Below, in pieces: positions 1 through 10,857 of a stretch of 64,000 nt of DNA. Numbering within the stretch: the stretch's first letter is position 1; each line of letters opens with the position of its first letter. The DNA comes from a virus (Duplodnaviria; Caudoviricetes): IMG/VR virus record IMGVR_UViG_3300031555_004297; one strand, written 5' to 3'. A program made the position numbers and the translations under genes. The notes under the pieces are model-generated. The model saw nothing but the letters and a program-made list of their open reading frames with translations, was not told the DNA's origin and did no database searches.

Positions 1-4
1 TAAC

Positions 5-664
5 ATGAAGTGCAATCTCATGTCTAGCATGGAAATGGCAGAGATCGTTTCGAGCCTTTTCGGAGGCGTATTCCGTGACTATGCAGGATGCAAGATCCGC
101 ATTAATGACGGTCGTGGACTTCCCGCAGTAGTCAACACTATCGCTCCTGGAGCTCTTTACGTAGATCTTTATTTCAAGGATCAGAGTTCTGAAAAGAGCG
201 ATAAGATCGCAAACCTCAGCATTCCCGGTAAGAATGAAGAGAAGAAGGGTACCCTTGGCGAGCGTTATACTCGCGTAATGGGAACCGTTCCTGGCCGTAC
301 CTATCAGGTAAGCAAGGAAACCTATGAGTGCCTTGAGGAGTTCATGTTCAATGGTGCTCGTACTCAGTGGAACAACCACACCCAGGAGATCACCACTCAG
401 ATGAATCCTTACTCTAAGGATGAAGTTCTTCTTACCATTTCTGGTCTTGATCTTAATAAGATCATTGCTAAGATTTATGGTACTAAGACCGAAGAGGGCC
501 GTTATGAGTACATGGCAACCCCTTCGACTGTTATTCCTAACAAGACCGAAGAGTTCATCATGACTGTTACTCAGCTCGACCTCGAGACTGTAACCGATCT
601 TCAGAATACTCTTGGAATCTACACGAGCAATGCTCCCACTTTCCATCAGTATCATCGCGGTTAA
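5..664 (+). CDS. hypothetical protein, possibly 5'-truncated by the window edge
   Basis: 219-aa ORF; frame is open to the window start; followed by a terminator. Confidence 0.7.
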   Translation: MKCNLMSSMEMAEIVSSLFGGVFRDYAGCKIRINDGRGLPAVVNTIAPGALYVDLYFKDQSSEKSDKIANLSIPGKNEEKKGTLGERYTRVMGTVPGRTYQVSKETYECLEEFMFNGARTQWNNHTQEITTQMNPYSKDEVLLTISGLDLNKIIAKIYGTKTEEGRYEYMATPSTVIPNKTEEFIMTVTQLDLETVTDLQNTLGIYTSNAPTFHQYHRG

Positions 665-680
665 TCCGTGATATATAAAT

Positions 681-719
681 AGAAAAGCATGAGGTTTGAA
701 CTTCATGCTTTTCTTTTTT
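681..719 (+). terminator. intrinsic terminator
   Basis: AGAAAAGCATGA/TCATGCTTTTCT stem followed by a T-run. Confidence 0.8.
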
Positions 720-745
720 AATCCCAAAGAAAAGGAGATCAAATC

Positions 746-1147
746 ATGCCTAAAGAACTACAGCTGGAACTCGATCCTTCTGTTGATGAAGTGATTGATG
801 AAGTTCCTGGAAATAGCTTTATTGCATTAAGAAAACTTAGATGGTCACCCAATGCATCATTCAAACTCGACATCAGAAAATGGTTTACCAATGGAGCTGG
901 TGAAGAGATTGCTGGTAAGGGTGTATCATTTATGACACCAGAAGGTCCTGATAATCTTATCGAGGCTCTTCTTAAAGTAGGCTGTGGAGATACAAGAAAG
1001 ACTCTTAATGGCTTGAAAGATAGAGAGGATTTCCTCCCTAATGTAAAGCAAATTATTATCGAGAAAGGCGTTAATTTGGATGATATAGAAGTTCCTTCAC
1101 TCGATTCTTTGAACGAAAGCTTCTATGATCCTAAGACGATAATTTAA
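746..1147 (+). CDS. PC4/YdbC-like ssDNA-binding protein
   Basis: LRKLRW...KLDIRKW...GKGVSF pattern typical of the PC4/YdbC family; SD AAGGAG. Confidence 0.7.
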   Translation: MPKELQLELDPSVDEVIDEVPGNSFIALRKLRWSPNASFKLDIRKWFTNGAGEEIAGKGVSFMTPEGPDNLIEALLKVGCGDTRKTLNGLKDREDFLPNVKQIIIEKGVNLDDIEVPSLDSLNESFYDPKTII

Positions 1148-1151
1148 AAGT

Positions 1152-2243
1152 ATGAATAACGGAGTATATAATCCCAATATAGCGGATGTGTTGTATGGAT
1201 CATATATTCGCTATGATAGGCTTTACGAAATGTCTATGTTTGCTTTTAGACCTGAGTATGGAGCCAGAGCAAATGTATTTATTGATGTGAAGTCTATTTT
1301 AAAGTCGTTATATGCTCGCGGTACAAATCTTATGGTTAAAGATTCATGTGCAATAGCATCATGTATGATTAACCTAGCTATTCACTTACGAGCATATTTC
1401 GAAACTCGCCATAAAGTAAGCACAAAAGTGTTTATTGTATATGGCGAAGCTAGGCCTCAAGCTTGTATAAGCTCTTATCCCAGATATAATGAGAAGAATA
1501 TTCTTATGGAAGATTCTAATCCATTATTGAAGAATCTTATAAAAGATAATCTGAATTTGATCAGGATTCTGTGTCCTTATCTTCATGATTTCTTCTATGT
1601 AGAAGACCTTCATAATGAGTTTTCTGTAATAACTTCATCATTAATCAATAGGCTTAATGAGCCTGAGATTCCGAATATAGTATATTCAAAGGATACTATG
1701 TCCTATCAGCTTGTAGCATTCAAACCAAGAACCTTTCTCTTTAGACCAAAGAAAAAGTTTAATGAAGATACTTCTTGGGTTGTTACAAAGAGTACGTTGT
1801 ACAATGCCTATCGCTATGGCGAGCTTGGTATTACAAGACAGCTAGATACCTCTCTTAATGTAAAGATGTTTTCTATATATCTTGCAATTGCTGGAGTAAA
1901 GTCTAGAAGCATTGATAGTATTAAGAATGGCAATACAACTATTAAGCTCCTTGAGCAGGCTGTTGAGAAGAATATATTCTCCACTGGATATAATTCTTCT
2001 GCTATATTCTGCACAAAGCCAAATCCATTCGAGATCTTATTCCAAGGAACAAATGTAGATCCGAATGAGGTTATGACAAGATTTTCTGTTATAGATTTAC
2101 TCCATAATACGATGCTTTATGAATCATCATTAGAGTATAAATCTGCAGCAGAAGGAATTATCAATCTTTATAACCCAGATGAGGTAAGACATATAAACAA
2201 TATGTACTTCCAAGAATACCCTCTTGACTTGAATAGAGTGTAA
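1152..2243 (+). CDS. hypothetical protein, possible divergent 5'-3' exonuclease (FEN/PIN-like)
   Basis: 363-aa ORF; VFIDVKS and KVFIVYG strands are reminiscent of T4 RNase H-like nucleases, but the acidic set is incomplete. Confidence 0.4.
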   Translation: MNNGVYNPNIADVLYGSYIRYDRLYEMSMFAFRPEYGARANVFIDVKSILKSLYARGTNLMVKDSCAIASCMINLAIHLRAYFETRHKVSTKVFIVYGEARPQACISSYPRYNEKNILMEDSNPLLKNLIKDNLNLIRILCPYLHDFFYVEDLHNEFSVITSSLINRLNEPEIPNIVYSKDTMSYQLVAFKPRTFLFRPKKKFNEDTSWVVTKSTLYNAYRYGELGITRQLDTSLNVKMFSIYLAIAGVKSRSIDSIKNGNTTIKLLEQAVEKNIFSTGYNSSAIFCTKPNPFEILFQGTNVDPNEVMTRFSVIDLLHNTMLYESSLEYKSAAEGIINLYNPDEVRHINNMYFQEYPLDLNRV

Positions 2244-2257
2244 AACTTCTGGGCCTG

Positions 2258-2269
2258 AACATAAAGGTA
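2258..2269 (+). promoter_or_regulatory. late-type phage promoter AACA-N6-TA (representative of 24 copies)
   Basis: AACA-TAAAGG-TA upstream of 2319; the same motif precedes most structural transcription units. Confidence 0.75.
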
Positions 2270-2318
2270 GTGCTTAATTGCGCTACCTTTATTTTTTTAT
2301 AAAGAAAGGTGGAGAAAC

Positions 2319-3515
2319 ATGGCAAAACAGCTTAATGAAATATATAATTCCGATGCTACACTATATCTGTATTCTGCAGATATGACATTTGTACTAGATG
2401 GCGAAACTTATGCTATTGAAACATCTAATATCACGAGTATTATAGTAGATCATGATTATGTGCATAATAATATGCCAATGATATTTTGCTCTGTTACAAT
2501 TTCATCTGAATTACTTGATTTGATGCTCGAGAATCAGAATACAGGGCTTGTAATCTTTAATCTAAGAAGAGCAGTAGCAAACTCTGATATGCCTGATTTA
2601 TTTACAGATTATATCACAGATGAATTTATCTATTTTATCACAGATAGCTCATCTGAAATGATGAATGAAGGTCATACTTATAAACAGACAACTATTGGCC
2701 TTCTTAGCCGTAAATGCATTAATAAGAATAAGAAGCTTATCAATGGAGTTGTAAGCGGAAATCTTACTTCGTTAATGTATTATGTGACAGGCCATATGCC
2801 AGTAGTTATTGAACCTCCTACTAAGAATATTGTCTTTGAAAACAGAATCCTTCCTCCGATGAATAGTATTTCTAAGATGCTTTCTTATATAAACTCCCTT
2901 AATGTATTTTATGATACCCCATATAGATTCTATATAGATTTCGATTGTGCTTATCTGTTGTCATCTTCGGGTAAAGCTGTTAAGAAAGATGGAGAAAAGA
3001 TTAGTACAATACTGCTAAACTGTAAGAATGAATACGATATGGCAGTTCAATCCAAGGGTATGTATGTAGATGAGTCAAAATCGCTCTTAGAAATCATTAT
3101 TGATGAAGAAGACTATGAGATCGCCGATGATCATATTTTAGAAAAGAGCTATTCTAAAGTGACCGCTGCCAATGCATCTGGGAAGGTATCGAGCAAATCT
3201 ATTAATGTCTTAGATCATTCTAATATCATAGAAAAGACCAGATCTATACGAGTTATGAACGATAATGATGGATTGCTTGATAATATTATTGCATCTGCAA
3301 ATCAATCTGCTGTAAAGATAATGGTACAGAAAGAATTTATAGATTCTTCCGATCTTACATTGAATAAAGAGTATGTTGTCAAAATGGATGAGATCTATAA
3401 CTATGAAGATTATAATGGCAGATATCTACTTACAAGAAAGAGAGATATCTTCATTAGAACAGATGATCAGTTCACAAGTACAACAATGCTTATGCTTGAT
3501 AAAGTTTCTGAATAA
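2319..3515 (+). CDS. virion structural protein, probable baseplate hub-like
   Basis: 398-aa beta-rich ORF under a late promoter; ends in YNGRYLLTRK...MLMLDK as hub-like proteins do. Confidence 0.5.
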   Translation: MAKQLNEIYNSDATLYLYSADMTFVLDGETYAIETSNITSIIVDHDYVHNNMPMIFCSVTISSELLDLMLENQNTGLVIFNLRRAVANSDMPDLFTDYITDEFIYFITDSSSEMMNEGHTYKQTTIGLLSRKCINKNKKLINGVVSGNLTSLMYYVTGHMPVVIEPPTKNIVFENRILPPMNSISKMLSYINSLNVFYDTPYRFYIDFDCAYLLSSSGKAVKKDGEKISTILLNCKNEYDMAVQSKGMYVDESKSLLEIIIDEEDYEIADDHILEKSYSKVTAANASGKVSSKSINVLDHSNIIEKTRSIRVMNDNDGLLDNIIASANQSAVKIMVQKEFIDSSDLTLNKEYVVKMDEIYNYEDYNGRYLLTRKRDIFIRTDDQFTSTTMLMLDKVSE

Positions 3516-3519
3516 AAGT

Positions 3520-3559
3520 AATCCAGGTAGATTTCTCTACCTGGATTTTTATTTTTTTT
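3520..3559. terminator. bidirectional terminator between convergent genes
   Basis: AATCCAGGTAG/CTACCTGGATT 11-bp stem flanked by A- and T-runs. Confidence 0.8.
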
Positions 3560-3565
3560 ATCAGC

Positions 3566-5770
3566 TTAACCGTTAGCCTGTTGACCTTGAGCCTGTTGTT
3601 GATTTTGCTGATTATTCTGAGCATTGCCCTTTTCAGCTTTAGCTTCTGCAGCAGCCTGTTCTTTACTCATATAAGATTTAGCATGAGCTCTAATCAGCTG
3701 ATTGCATTCGCTGTAGATGAATCTGGCAGCAGTAAGCTTTGCAAGAAGAATATCCTTAAGGCATTCGATATAAACCTTGGAGTTATTCTGCTTCTTGGCT
3801 TCACCTTCGCCACCCTTAGTATCACCATCAGCTGCTTCAGGACCATTAGCAATATCCATTTCATTAAACCATCTATCGTAGAGAACAGAGTAGAACATAG
3901 ACTCCTGCTTAGCATCTCCAGATGCTGCATTGTTATCTCCACCACCCTGATTAGCATTTTGCTGTCCAGCATTATTGTTAGTCTGAGCAGTATTATTTAC
4001 ATTGATATTAGGTCTAACTGCCTCTGCTCCAGCTTTCTTAGCTTCTTTCTCAAGCTCAGAAAGCTCCTGTTTAATCTTAGAGAAGAATGCATGAGGAGCA
4101 TCCATGAACTTCATGATGTTATCCTTAGCACCATTGAGTTCCTGAGTATTATATTTTACAGGAGGATACTGATCTGTAGGCATAGAAGCACCATAGTAAG
4201 CTTTACAGTAATCAGAAATGGTAATACCATCTTCCCACTTTACGGGTCTCTTGCCACTACTAGCTTTAGAGGCAAATCCTGTAAGGAAATGCGTCTTAAA
4301 CATAGCAGCTTTATCTTCTTCATTCATAGTTGCAGGGTTAAACGAGATATGACGAGATTCTTGCATACGAGCAAGACCATCGAGAATATTACCTGTCGAA
4401 GAGACCTCTGCAATCTTGAAAGGATTCTTAATTTGAGCAGCATACTTCTTCATAAATGCTGCATTAGGACCATGCTTATCCTGAAGATCATTGATAAACT
4501 TGGTTACAAATTCTTTTACGCGCTTGATAATGTCCTGAATAGCATTAGCAAGCTTATTGATTTCAGCTTCCTGCATAGCTTGAAGCTTGCGGAATGTATC
4601 ACTAGGAATAGCATTCTCACTCCAGATAATAGCTTCTTGAACAGCCATAGATCTACGAGCTTCATTGATAACCTGATTGAAGCAATAAGCCTCAGTTGTC
4701 AGTTCAAGATCCATCCATTCAGTACGATTGAAGTCTCTGGGGTCTTCATTAGCAAATAGAGTATCACTAGTAAAGAGCTCTCCATGAATTGTACTGGATT
4801 CATGCTTAGTATTAGACAAGCTATTAAGTACAGCTGTATAATATTTAATAGCTTTGACCTGCTGATTGAAATTCTGTCCAAGGAACCAAGTCCAAGACTC
4901 GATAATAATCTGATAATAATGAATGAGCTTAGAAGCTTTTGTTACATTTTCAGGTTTCAATGCCGGAGCTCTTGTTTCGAGTTTAACTTTAAGAGATTCT
5001 AATCTTTTTGTCTCATCGTCTGTATATTTTGAAATCTCTTTATCGGATTTTAATCCTCTATACTTGATATTAGTATAGTAATTAATAAAGTTATCTCCAG
5101 TTGTATTTCTGATTTCATCTCTTACAACATCTGTCATTACAAATTGCTTAAAGCTCTTAGGATCAATAACAGGATTAGAGTAGGAAGGCGAGTCGATGGC
5201 TTTCTTAATGGATCTATGCAATGCAGTATATCTCATTTTAAATATAGATTCATCTACTTCACCATAATCATTGCCATTAAGCAAAATTTCAATAGCAGAA
5301 GAAATTTCTCCACAAGCCTGATAAATCATATTAGAATCCAATTTGGACCAATCAACTACATGATAGAACCTAAGCTCTTGAGTTTTCTTTAAAAACTCCT
5401 CATATGTTGTAGATTTCTGCGCTTCTTTCTGAGCTTTATCTGCTTCTTCTGCCATTAACTTAAAGCCTTTTCCTCGAATCATATTAATAAATTTTCTAAT
5501 AAAGTTAATGATAGATTCAATAAGTTTAGAAAGCATATCGACAGCTTTAGAAACTAATCCTTCTGAGAGAACTACATCTGCAGATTCATTCAAAGCTGAT
5601 TCTTTAAGAGCTCTATAATATGCAATATTATATTCATTTTCTGCTTCTTGGCATTCTTCGTTAAGCTGAAGCAAGCACTCAAGATATGTTTCAGGAGTAC
5701 GAGCCATCTCAGCAATAGAGTAAGAAGCATTATCGTTTTTACTTAAAAGAGAAGATGAACGATAAATCAT
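3566..5770 (-). CDS. inner head protein with two tandem paralogous domains
   Basis: 734 aa; LKES, LNES, VLSE, KHES and KQES protease-like sites; two amphipathic helices (LIESIINFIRKF; IQDIIKRVKEFVTKF); late promoter 5804-5815. Confidence 0.6.
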   Translation of the reverse strand: MIYRSSSLLSKNDNASYSIAEMARTPETYLECLLQLNEECQEAENEYNIAYYRALKESALNESADVVLSEGLVSKAVDMLSKLIESIINFIRKFINMIRGKGFKLMAEEADKAQKEAQKSTTYEEFLKKTQELRFYHVVDWSKLDSNMIYQACGEISSAIEILLNGNDYGEVDESIFKMRYTALHRSIKKAIDSPSYSNPVIDPKSFKQFVMTDVVRDEIRNTTGDNFINYYTNIKYRGLKSDKEISKYTDDETKRLESLKVKLETRAPALKPENVTKASKLIHYYQIIIESWTWFLGQNFNQQVKAIKYYTAVLNSLSNTKHESSTIHGELFTSDTLFANEDPRDFNRTEWMDLELTTEAYCFNQVINEARRSMAVQEAIIWSENAIPSDTFRKLQAMQEAEINKLANAIQDIIKRVKEFVTKFINDLQDKHGPNAAFMKKYAAQIKNPFKIAEVSSTGNILDGLARMQESRHISFNPATMNEEDKAAMFKTHFLTGFASKASSGKRPVKWEDGITISDYCKAYYGASMPTDQYPPVKYNTQELNGAKDNIMKFMDAPHAFFSKIKQELSELEKEAKKAGAEAVRPNINVNNTAQTNNNAGQQNANQGGGDNNAASGDAKQESMFYSVLYDRWFNEMDIANGPEAADGDTKGGEGEAKKQNNSKVYIECLKDILLAKLTAARFIYSECNQLIRAHAKSYMSKEQAAAEAKAEKGNAQNNQQNQQQAQGQQANG

Positions 5771-5886
5771 TGCTGTTATACCTCACTTTAAATATTTTTT
5801 AATTACTTATAAGTTCAAGAATATTGAAAAGAACCAGGATGGGAATTTACCCATCCTGGTTATTTATAGTAAGATTAATCTTAAAC

Positions 5887-7092
5887 TTAGATAATCTTAA
5901 TACCGCTAAAGATAGAAGAAGCGCCTTCCTGGAATGCAGGAACCTCATTCTCCTTAACTCCGCCCTTACGAGCAAATGCGATAGCGAGTCTACGATACTG
6001 AGCTCTCTTAGCACGAGCAACCTTCATGAATGCGCCATAACCAGCGTTCATAACATTGGCCTGAGTCTTGATAACCTTAGTACCAGCATTGCAAATTCTG
6101 AGCTTATAGTCCGCATACTCAGTTTTCTTGGTAACAGCCTTTTCCATATCATTGACCATCTTGAGCTGATCCTGATACCAAGTCTTGACTTCCTTGTAAA
6201 GAGATCTGATTGCATGAACCTCTTCATGATCGCCAAGAACCTTGATCGCAGTAGCAGCAAGCTTAGAAGCTCCGGGAGTACCAGCCTTATAAGATACTTT
6301 ATTACCACGAAGAGTTTCTACAAGGCTCTTAACAAGATCGGAAATGGTCTTAGGAGTGTTGCCCTCGGTCCAAAGGAATCCGAAGATATCATGGATAGCA
6401 TCTGCTGTCGGATCTTCGAGAGCTTTATCAAAGTCAGCAATATCCTTCTCAACCTCAGAACGCACTTCATCTGCAGTCATATTTGCAAATGCTGCAACAG
6501 TGTCATAGGTCTTCTTAACCATATCGCCAGTCTTACCAGCCTTAGCCTTCTTTACAGCAGCTTCGAAGGGCTGAGCATTGAAACGGCCATATTCATAGCC
6601 TTCAAAACTCCACTTACCCTCAGTATCAGCCTCAATAAGACTAGCACCCTTGGTAATTTCATCTTTCTTAGAAAGAATCTTGGCATCGATCTTAGCCTGG
6701 AAGTCCATCTTTGCGAGAATATCCTTAACAGCCTTGGTAATTCTTGCAAACATCTTGGTCAGGATTTCCTTAACTCTTGCAAAGAAGCCCTTAGAGTCTT
6801 CAGCCTCGAGAACAAGCTCACGACCCATACTAGCCTCAGAGATCTCATGAATGCCAATGCACTTCATGATCTGATTATAATTATATTCAGCCTCATACAT
6901 GATATCGAAAGCTTCTGCAACAGGATCGCCAATAAGACCCTCTTCAGCAGCTTCTACCTCATCTCTATGTGCCTCAATGCCATCAGGACCAGCAATATCC
7001 TTCTCAACCTGGTTGAGATCTACACCGATATCATCGGGATCCTGAACAGCGGATTCAACAACGGGTTTCATATTAACGTTATAGAATGCCAT
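5887..7092 (-). CDS. inner head protein paralogue
   Basis: 401 aa; acidic propeptide with VVES and VLEA, then FFARVKEILTKMFARI helix. Confidence 0.6.
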   Translation of the reverse strand: MAFYNVNMKPVVESAVQDPDDIGVDLNQVEKDIAGPDGIEAHRDEVEAAEEGLIGDPVAEAFDIMYEAEYNYNQIMKCIGIHEISEASMGRELVLEAEDSKGFFARVKEILTKMFARITKAVKDILAKMDFQAKIDAKILSKKDEITKGASLIEADTEGKWSFEGYEYGRFNAQPFEAAVKKAKAGKTGDMVKKTYDTVAAFANMTADEVRSEVEKDIADFDKALEDPTADAIHDIFGFLWTEGNTPKTISDLVKSLVETLRGNKVSYKAGTPGASKLAATAIKVLGDHEEVHAIRSLYKEVKTWYQDQLKMVNDMEKAVTKKTEYADYKLRICNAGTKVIKTQANVMNAGYGAFMKVARAKRAQYRRLAIAFARKGGVKENEVPAFQEGASSIFSGIKII

Positions 7093-7114
7093 AGTAGTTT
7101 TCCTCCTTTATAGA

Positions 7115-8194
7115 TTAAGCTTCATCGACGAGCTTCTCAATCTCAGCCTGAGTCTCGTCATCAGCGGGAGTAGCAAGATCATCATCGAGTGCTTCCTCGA
7201 CTTCATCTTCTGCTTCGATTACGGCAGCCTCTGCAACAGCTTCCTCTGCCTTATCTTTGCTCATACCAGACTTGATCTTAGCAAGAATGGAACGAGCATT
7301 GCTCATAGCTGTCTTAGCAGCAGCAATCTTAGTGGAAGTAATAAGAGCAATTACGTCCTCATATACAGAAACAGCAATAGTAATATTCTTAATTACCTTA
7401 GCAGCAGCTTCCTTATCGCCCTTCTTGTTGTGCTCATCAACCGCCTTTTCACCAGCAGTAATTGTGGAATTAAGATCAGCAAGATCCTTATTCGCCTTTG
7501 CCTCTGCTTCTTTAAGACCTTTAATGATAGCATTCGAGCTGATGATCTCACAGCACTTGTCTGCTACAGCCTTAGCATTGCTTTCCGAAATATCAACAGT
7601 CTCTCCAAGGCAAAGAGCAATAGCCTTGCTTCTAAATTCCTTACGATCACACTCAGGCTCGTTAATAGCCTTACCAAGCGCCTTAGCAGTTTCTGCAGAC
7701 TTATCATATTCTGCACCAACTCCTCTAAGTGCTTTATCCATAAGATCCTTATCGGGAAGAGTTACAGCAGCAGAATTAAACTGATATCTAGCTTCCTTAA
7801 TCTCACCCTTAAAGGTTTTCTCCTTAGCAAACTTCTGGAATTCTGCAGCATATGCCTTACCATCACGGAGAACATAAGCAGCAAACTTCTGAATAGCATT
7901 CTTGAAAACACCCTTAATCTTCTCCCAGAATTTCTTAAGAGTAGCCTTTACATGCTCAAAAATAGCTTTAGCATTAGCCTCATTAAAAGCAGCAATCTCA
8001 GACTCAAGCATTGTGCCTTCACGGATACCATTGATCTCAGCAAAATCTGCTTTAAGGGTAGCCTCAAAGATAGCCATGTCATTGATCTGTGCTTCATACA
8101 TAATACGACCAATATCGGATGCTCTGTAGCTCTCATTGGCAACAACGTCAATGCTAGCAACAGCGCCTGCTCTATTAGTAGAATAAATAGACAT
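7115..8194 (-). CDS. inner head protein paralogue
   Basis: 359 aa; ANES, MLES and FNEA sites, then IFEHVKATLKKFWEKIK helix; late promoter 8248-8259. Confidence 0.6.
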   Translation of the reverse strand: MSIYSTNRAGAVASIDVVANESYRASDIGRIMYEAQINDMAIFEATLKADFAEINGIREGTMLESEIAAFNEANAKAIFEHVKATLKKFWEKIKGVFKNAIQKFAAYVLRDGKAYAAEFQKFAKEKTFKGEIKEARYQFNSAAVTLPDKDLMDKALRGVGAEYDKSAETAKALGKAINEPECDRKEFRSKAIALCLGETVDISESNAKAVADKCCEIISSNAIIKGLKEAEAKANKDLADLNSTITAGEKAVDEHNKKGDKEAAAKVIKNITIAVSVYEDVIALITSTKIAAAKTAMSNARSILAKIKSGMSKDKAEEAVAEAAVIEAEDEVEEALDDDLATPADDETQAEIEKLVDEA

Positions 8195-8283
8195 GAGTAA
8201 ATTCCTCCTTATTTTTATGGAAATCTTATCATTTAGAATAGAGATTTTATTATAATGTTTGCCGTTAAGTTATTAAAACGGGC

Positions 8284-9498
8284 TTAAAAGAGAGCGGAAG
8301 CAACAGTATCGGGAATCTCATCTCCAAGGTCGCCAATCTTCATTTTCTTAGAAGAATTAGCAATCTCCTTAGTGGACTCAACCTCAGCCTTACGCCCGGT
8401 GAACGAAATTTTGTTAGCGATCTTTCTAAACAACTCAACGATCTTGAGCTGCTTATTTACGATACGCTCCTTATCCTCGTTCGTCTTAGCAGAGTTATTC
8501 TCCACATTATATGCATTCATCTGGAGAAGGTCTGCCTGTATATCGAAGAAATCAGATACTCTCATTCTGCTATAGTAGAAGAAGAATACCATTTCTCTTA
8601 AAATGGGGATGATATTCAGAACTACAAGAATACCTGCAACTACCGCACCAGCAATGCCGATAGCACCAATAGTAGCAGCGGCTTCGCCAAGAACAGACTC
8701 GGCCAACTTATTAATTCTGTGCTCGAGAACATGATTCATTGCCTTATCCATATCACCCTTCTCACAGCTCTTATTGAACTTCCTAAGGTTCTGGTAAAGC
8801 ATATTGTTCTTTGTCTTAGCAAATGCAACTTTATCAAGAGTAATCTGGAAAGAGTCTCTATTAGGAGTCTTCATAAACTCGATAGTAGTTGCGATCATAT
8901 AAGAGACTGCACTAATGATAGTAAGAACAGCATTGTTATACATCACGATAGGCAGCTCCACATTGTATTTAAAAGCCTTCTCAAACATACTCTTGCGAGT
9001 CGATACATTAGAGATCGCAGTAGCAATTTCGTCGATGGGGCCAGTATCCTGTTTGTACTCCTTCAGAATATCACGAAGAAGCGTTACACATTCATTGAGT
9101 TTCTCATAGTTGGGAAGCTCAGTAATGTCTCCCTTAGTGCCAGGGATATCGCCATAATCAATATCATCAACCTTAGAGATGATATGGTCATAGAGCTTAG
9201 AAGTAAGAGCGGTAAGAACACCACCCTGCTCAGCCTCATTGAGTTTCAATACGGCTTTACGAGTTGTACGATCAGCCATATCGAGATGCTCATTAAGACT
9301 AGTCATAACTTTAGGATCTCTGAAGAATTCGCTATACGTAGGATCGCTAGCAAGATCTTCAGATCTGGTCAATCCAAGATCAGGATTGAAGCCAAATACG
9401 TCTTCCGGAGTTCTGCCCTTCTCAAGACCAGTCTCGAGAAGAGAAGCAGAATTTTCATTAGAAGAACACGATTCCCTTACAGGTTTACGGTAAATCAT
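8284..9498 (-). CDS. virion structural protein with a hydrophobic segment
   Basis: 404 aa; VRES, LNE and LAES sites; hydrophobic stretch IGAIGIAGAVVAGILVVLNIIP. Confidence 0.55.
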   Translation of the reverse strand: MIYRKPVRESCSSNENSASLLETGLEKGRTPEDVFGFNPDLGLTRSEDLASDPTYSEFFRDPKVMTSLNEHLDMADRTTRKAVLKLNEAEQGGVLTALTSKLYDHIISKVDDIDYGDIPGTKGDITELPNYEKLNECVTLLRDILKEYKQDTGPIDEIATAISNVSTRKSMFEKAFKYNVELPIVMYNNAVLTIISAVSYMIATTIEFMKTPNRDSFQITLDKVAFAKTKNNMLYQNLRKFNKSCEKGDMDKAMNHVLEHRINKLAESVLGEAAATIGAIGIAGAVVAGILVVLNIIPILREMVFFFYYSRMRVSDFFDIQADLLQMNAYNVENNSAKTNEDKERIVNKQLKIVELFRKIANKISFTGRKAEVESTKEIANSSKKMKIGDLGDEIPDTVASALF

Positions 9499-9519
9499 TT
9501 ATCGGTCCTCCTTATTAAA

Positions 9520-10857
9520 TTAGCGCATCTTCGTCATAAGGTTGACGACACGCTTATAGGTATTATCAGAAGATTCTCTCTCAAGATGAGTGAAAGAGAT
9601 GGTCTCCCAACTGGGTTCATTTTCATCAAAGATGAACTTAGCAACCTCAAGAGATTCATCTACGATACAGATGCACATGAGGTTATAAGACTCGAACAAG
9701 CCGAGTACAGTGCTAATTCTCTCAAGGTCAACGTTGTGTTCTTTCTTAAGAACCTCAACCTCTTCCTGAGATACACAAAGAGTGGTAATAGCACCAGCAT
9801 TGTTTGCACGCATAGCCTTCTTAAGACGAGATACAGTAGCTCTACGCTCAAGTACCTTCCACATCTTATCAGAAGAACTCTGACGAGTAGACAGAGACAT
9901 TGCATCGATCTTTGCTTTATCGATAGCAAGTACAAAGTCTTTCATGAAAGAAATTTCACGAGTAGTAGCTCTGAAGAAGTTAGTAATCCAGTTGCCATCC
10001 TTAGACTTTTCAGCAACATGCTTTACAATATCTTCAGATCCAATGGGATAAAGCTTAGCTTTAACGCCGATCATAGCAGATACAACATCGCCGACTGTTC
10101 CATCTTTGTCTTTGTATCTCATATTAACTACCATAGGCGTGGGCATAAGCTCATTTGCCTTCTTATATTCCGAGTCGGGAACTTGGTTCTTGAAATATTC
10201 GGTAGCAGACTTAGAATCCTTAAATCCGGTCTTAGGAGTGATCTTGCTACCCTTAGCATCTGCTCCTTCAGGATCTGTATCTTTGCCTTTTACTTCAGAT
10301 CTAACAGCACCCTCTTTAACAACAAATCTATTTAAAGACTCTTCGTTAATAGCGCTAGGAAGAACAAAATCAAGATTTTTAGCATCTTCTCTGACGGCTT
10401 TGCGATATTCATAATCCATAGACGAAGATACAGATTCATTCTTTGCATCTACATAATTATCTACAGCATTAAAAACATCATCAAGAGAAGCTACTCTTGT
10501 AGAAAGATTGGTATGGAACTGAGCAATATAATCCTGGAAGTTGCCAGCTCCGGCTTCAGAATCGGCAATCTGCCAAGCAGAGAAAACTCTCTGAAGCATC
10601 GTAACCGCATTCTTCTCTACAGCCTTGGTAACAATTCCTGCTCTGTCAACAGAAATACCACGGCTACAAATAACAGGGAATACCAATGTAAGATTCGAAG
10701 AAACTTTTGCAAGAGAAGAAGCTCTACCCATAGGGCTTCTATTCTTATTTTCCTCTTTCTTCATATTTCTAATTCCATCCCACAAATCAATGAGTTCTTT
10801 GATTACACTCTCATGAATTGCTCTAGGATCATTGGGTCTATTCATAGAAGTTTTCAA
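9520..10857 (-). CDS. virion (head) structural protein
   Basis: 445-aa ORF (start may be the ATG at 10845); IHES, KNES and VKEG sites; late promoter 10878-10889. Confidence 0.55.
   Translation of the reverse strand: MKTSMNRPNDPRAIHESVIKELIDLWDGIRNMKKEENKNRSPMGRASSLAKVSSNLTLVFPVICSRGISVDRAGIVTKAVEKNAVTMLQRVFSAWQIADSEAGAGNFQDYIAQFHTNLSTRVASLDDVFNAVDNYVDAKNESVSSSMDYEYRKAVREDAKNLDFVLPSAINEESLNRFVVKEGAVRSEVKGKDTDPEGADAKGSKITPKTGFKDSKSATEYFKNQVPDSEYKKANELMPTPMVVNMRYKDKDGTVGDVVSAMIGVKAKLYPIGSEDIVKHVAEKSKDGNWITNFFRATTREISFMKDFVLAIDKAKIDAMSLSTRQSSSDKMWKVLERRATVSRLKKAMRANNAGAITTLCVSQEEVEVLKKEHNVDLERISTVLGLFESYNLMCICIVDESLEVAKFIFDENEPSWETISFTHLERESSDNTYKRVVNLMTKMR

Noticed and set aside
3581-10335. Long + strand ORFs opposite the head genes (likewise 44868-46592 and those within the tape measure gene)
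   Set aside because: Antisense shadow ORFs caused by codon bias; no SD and no protein-like composition
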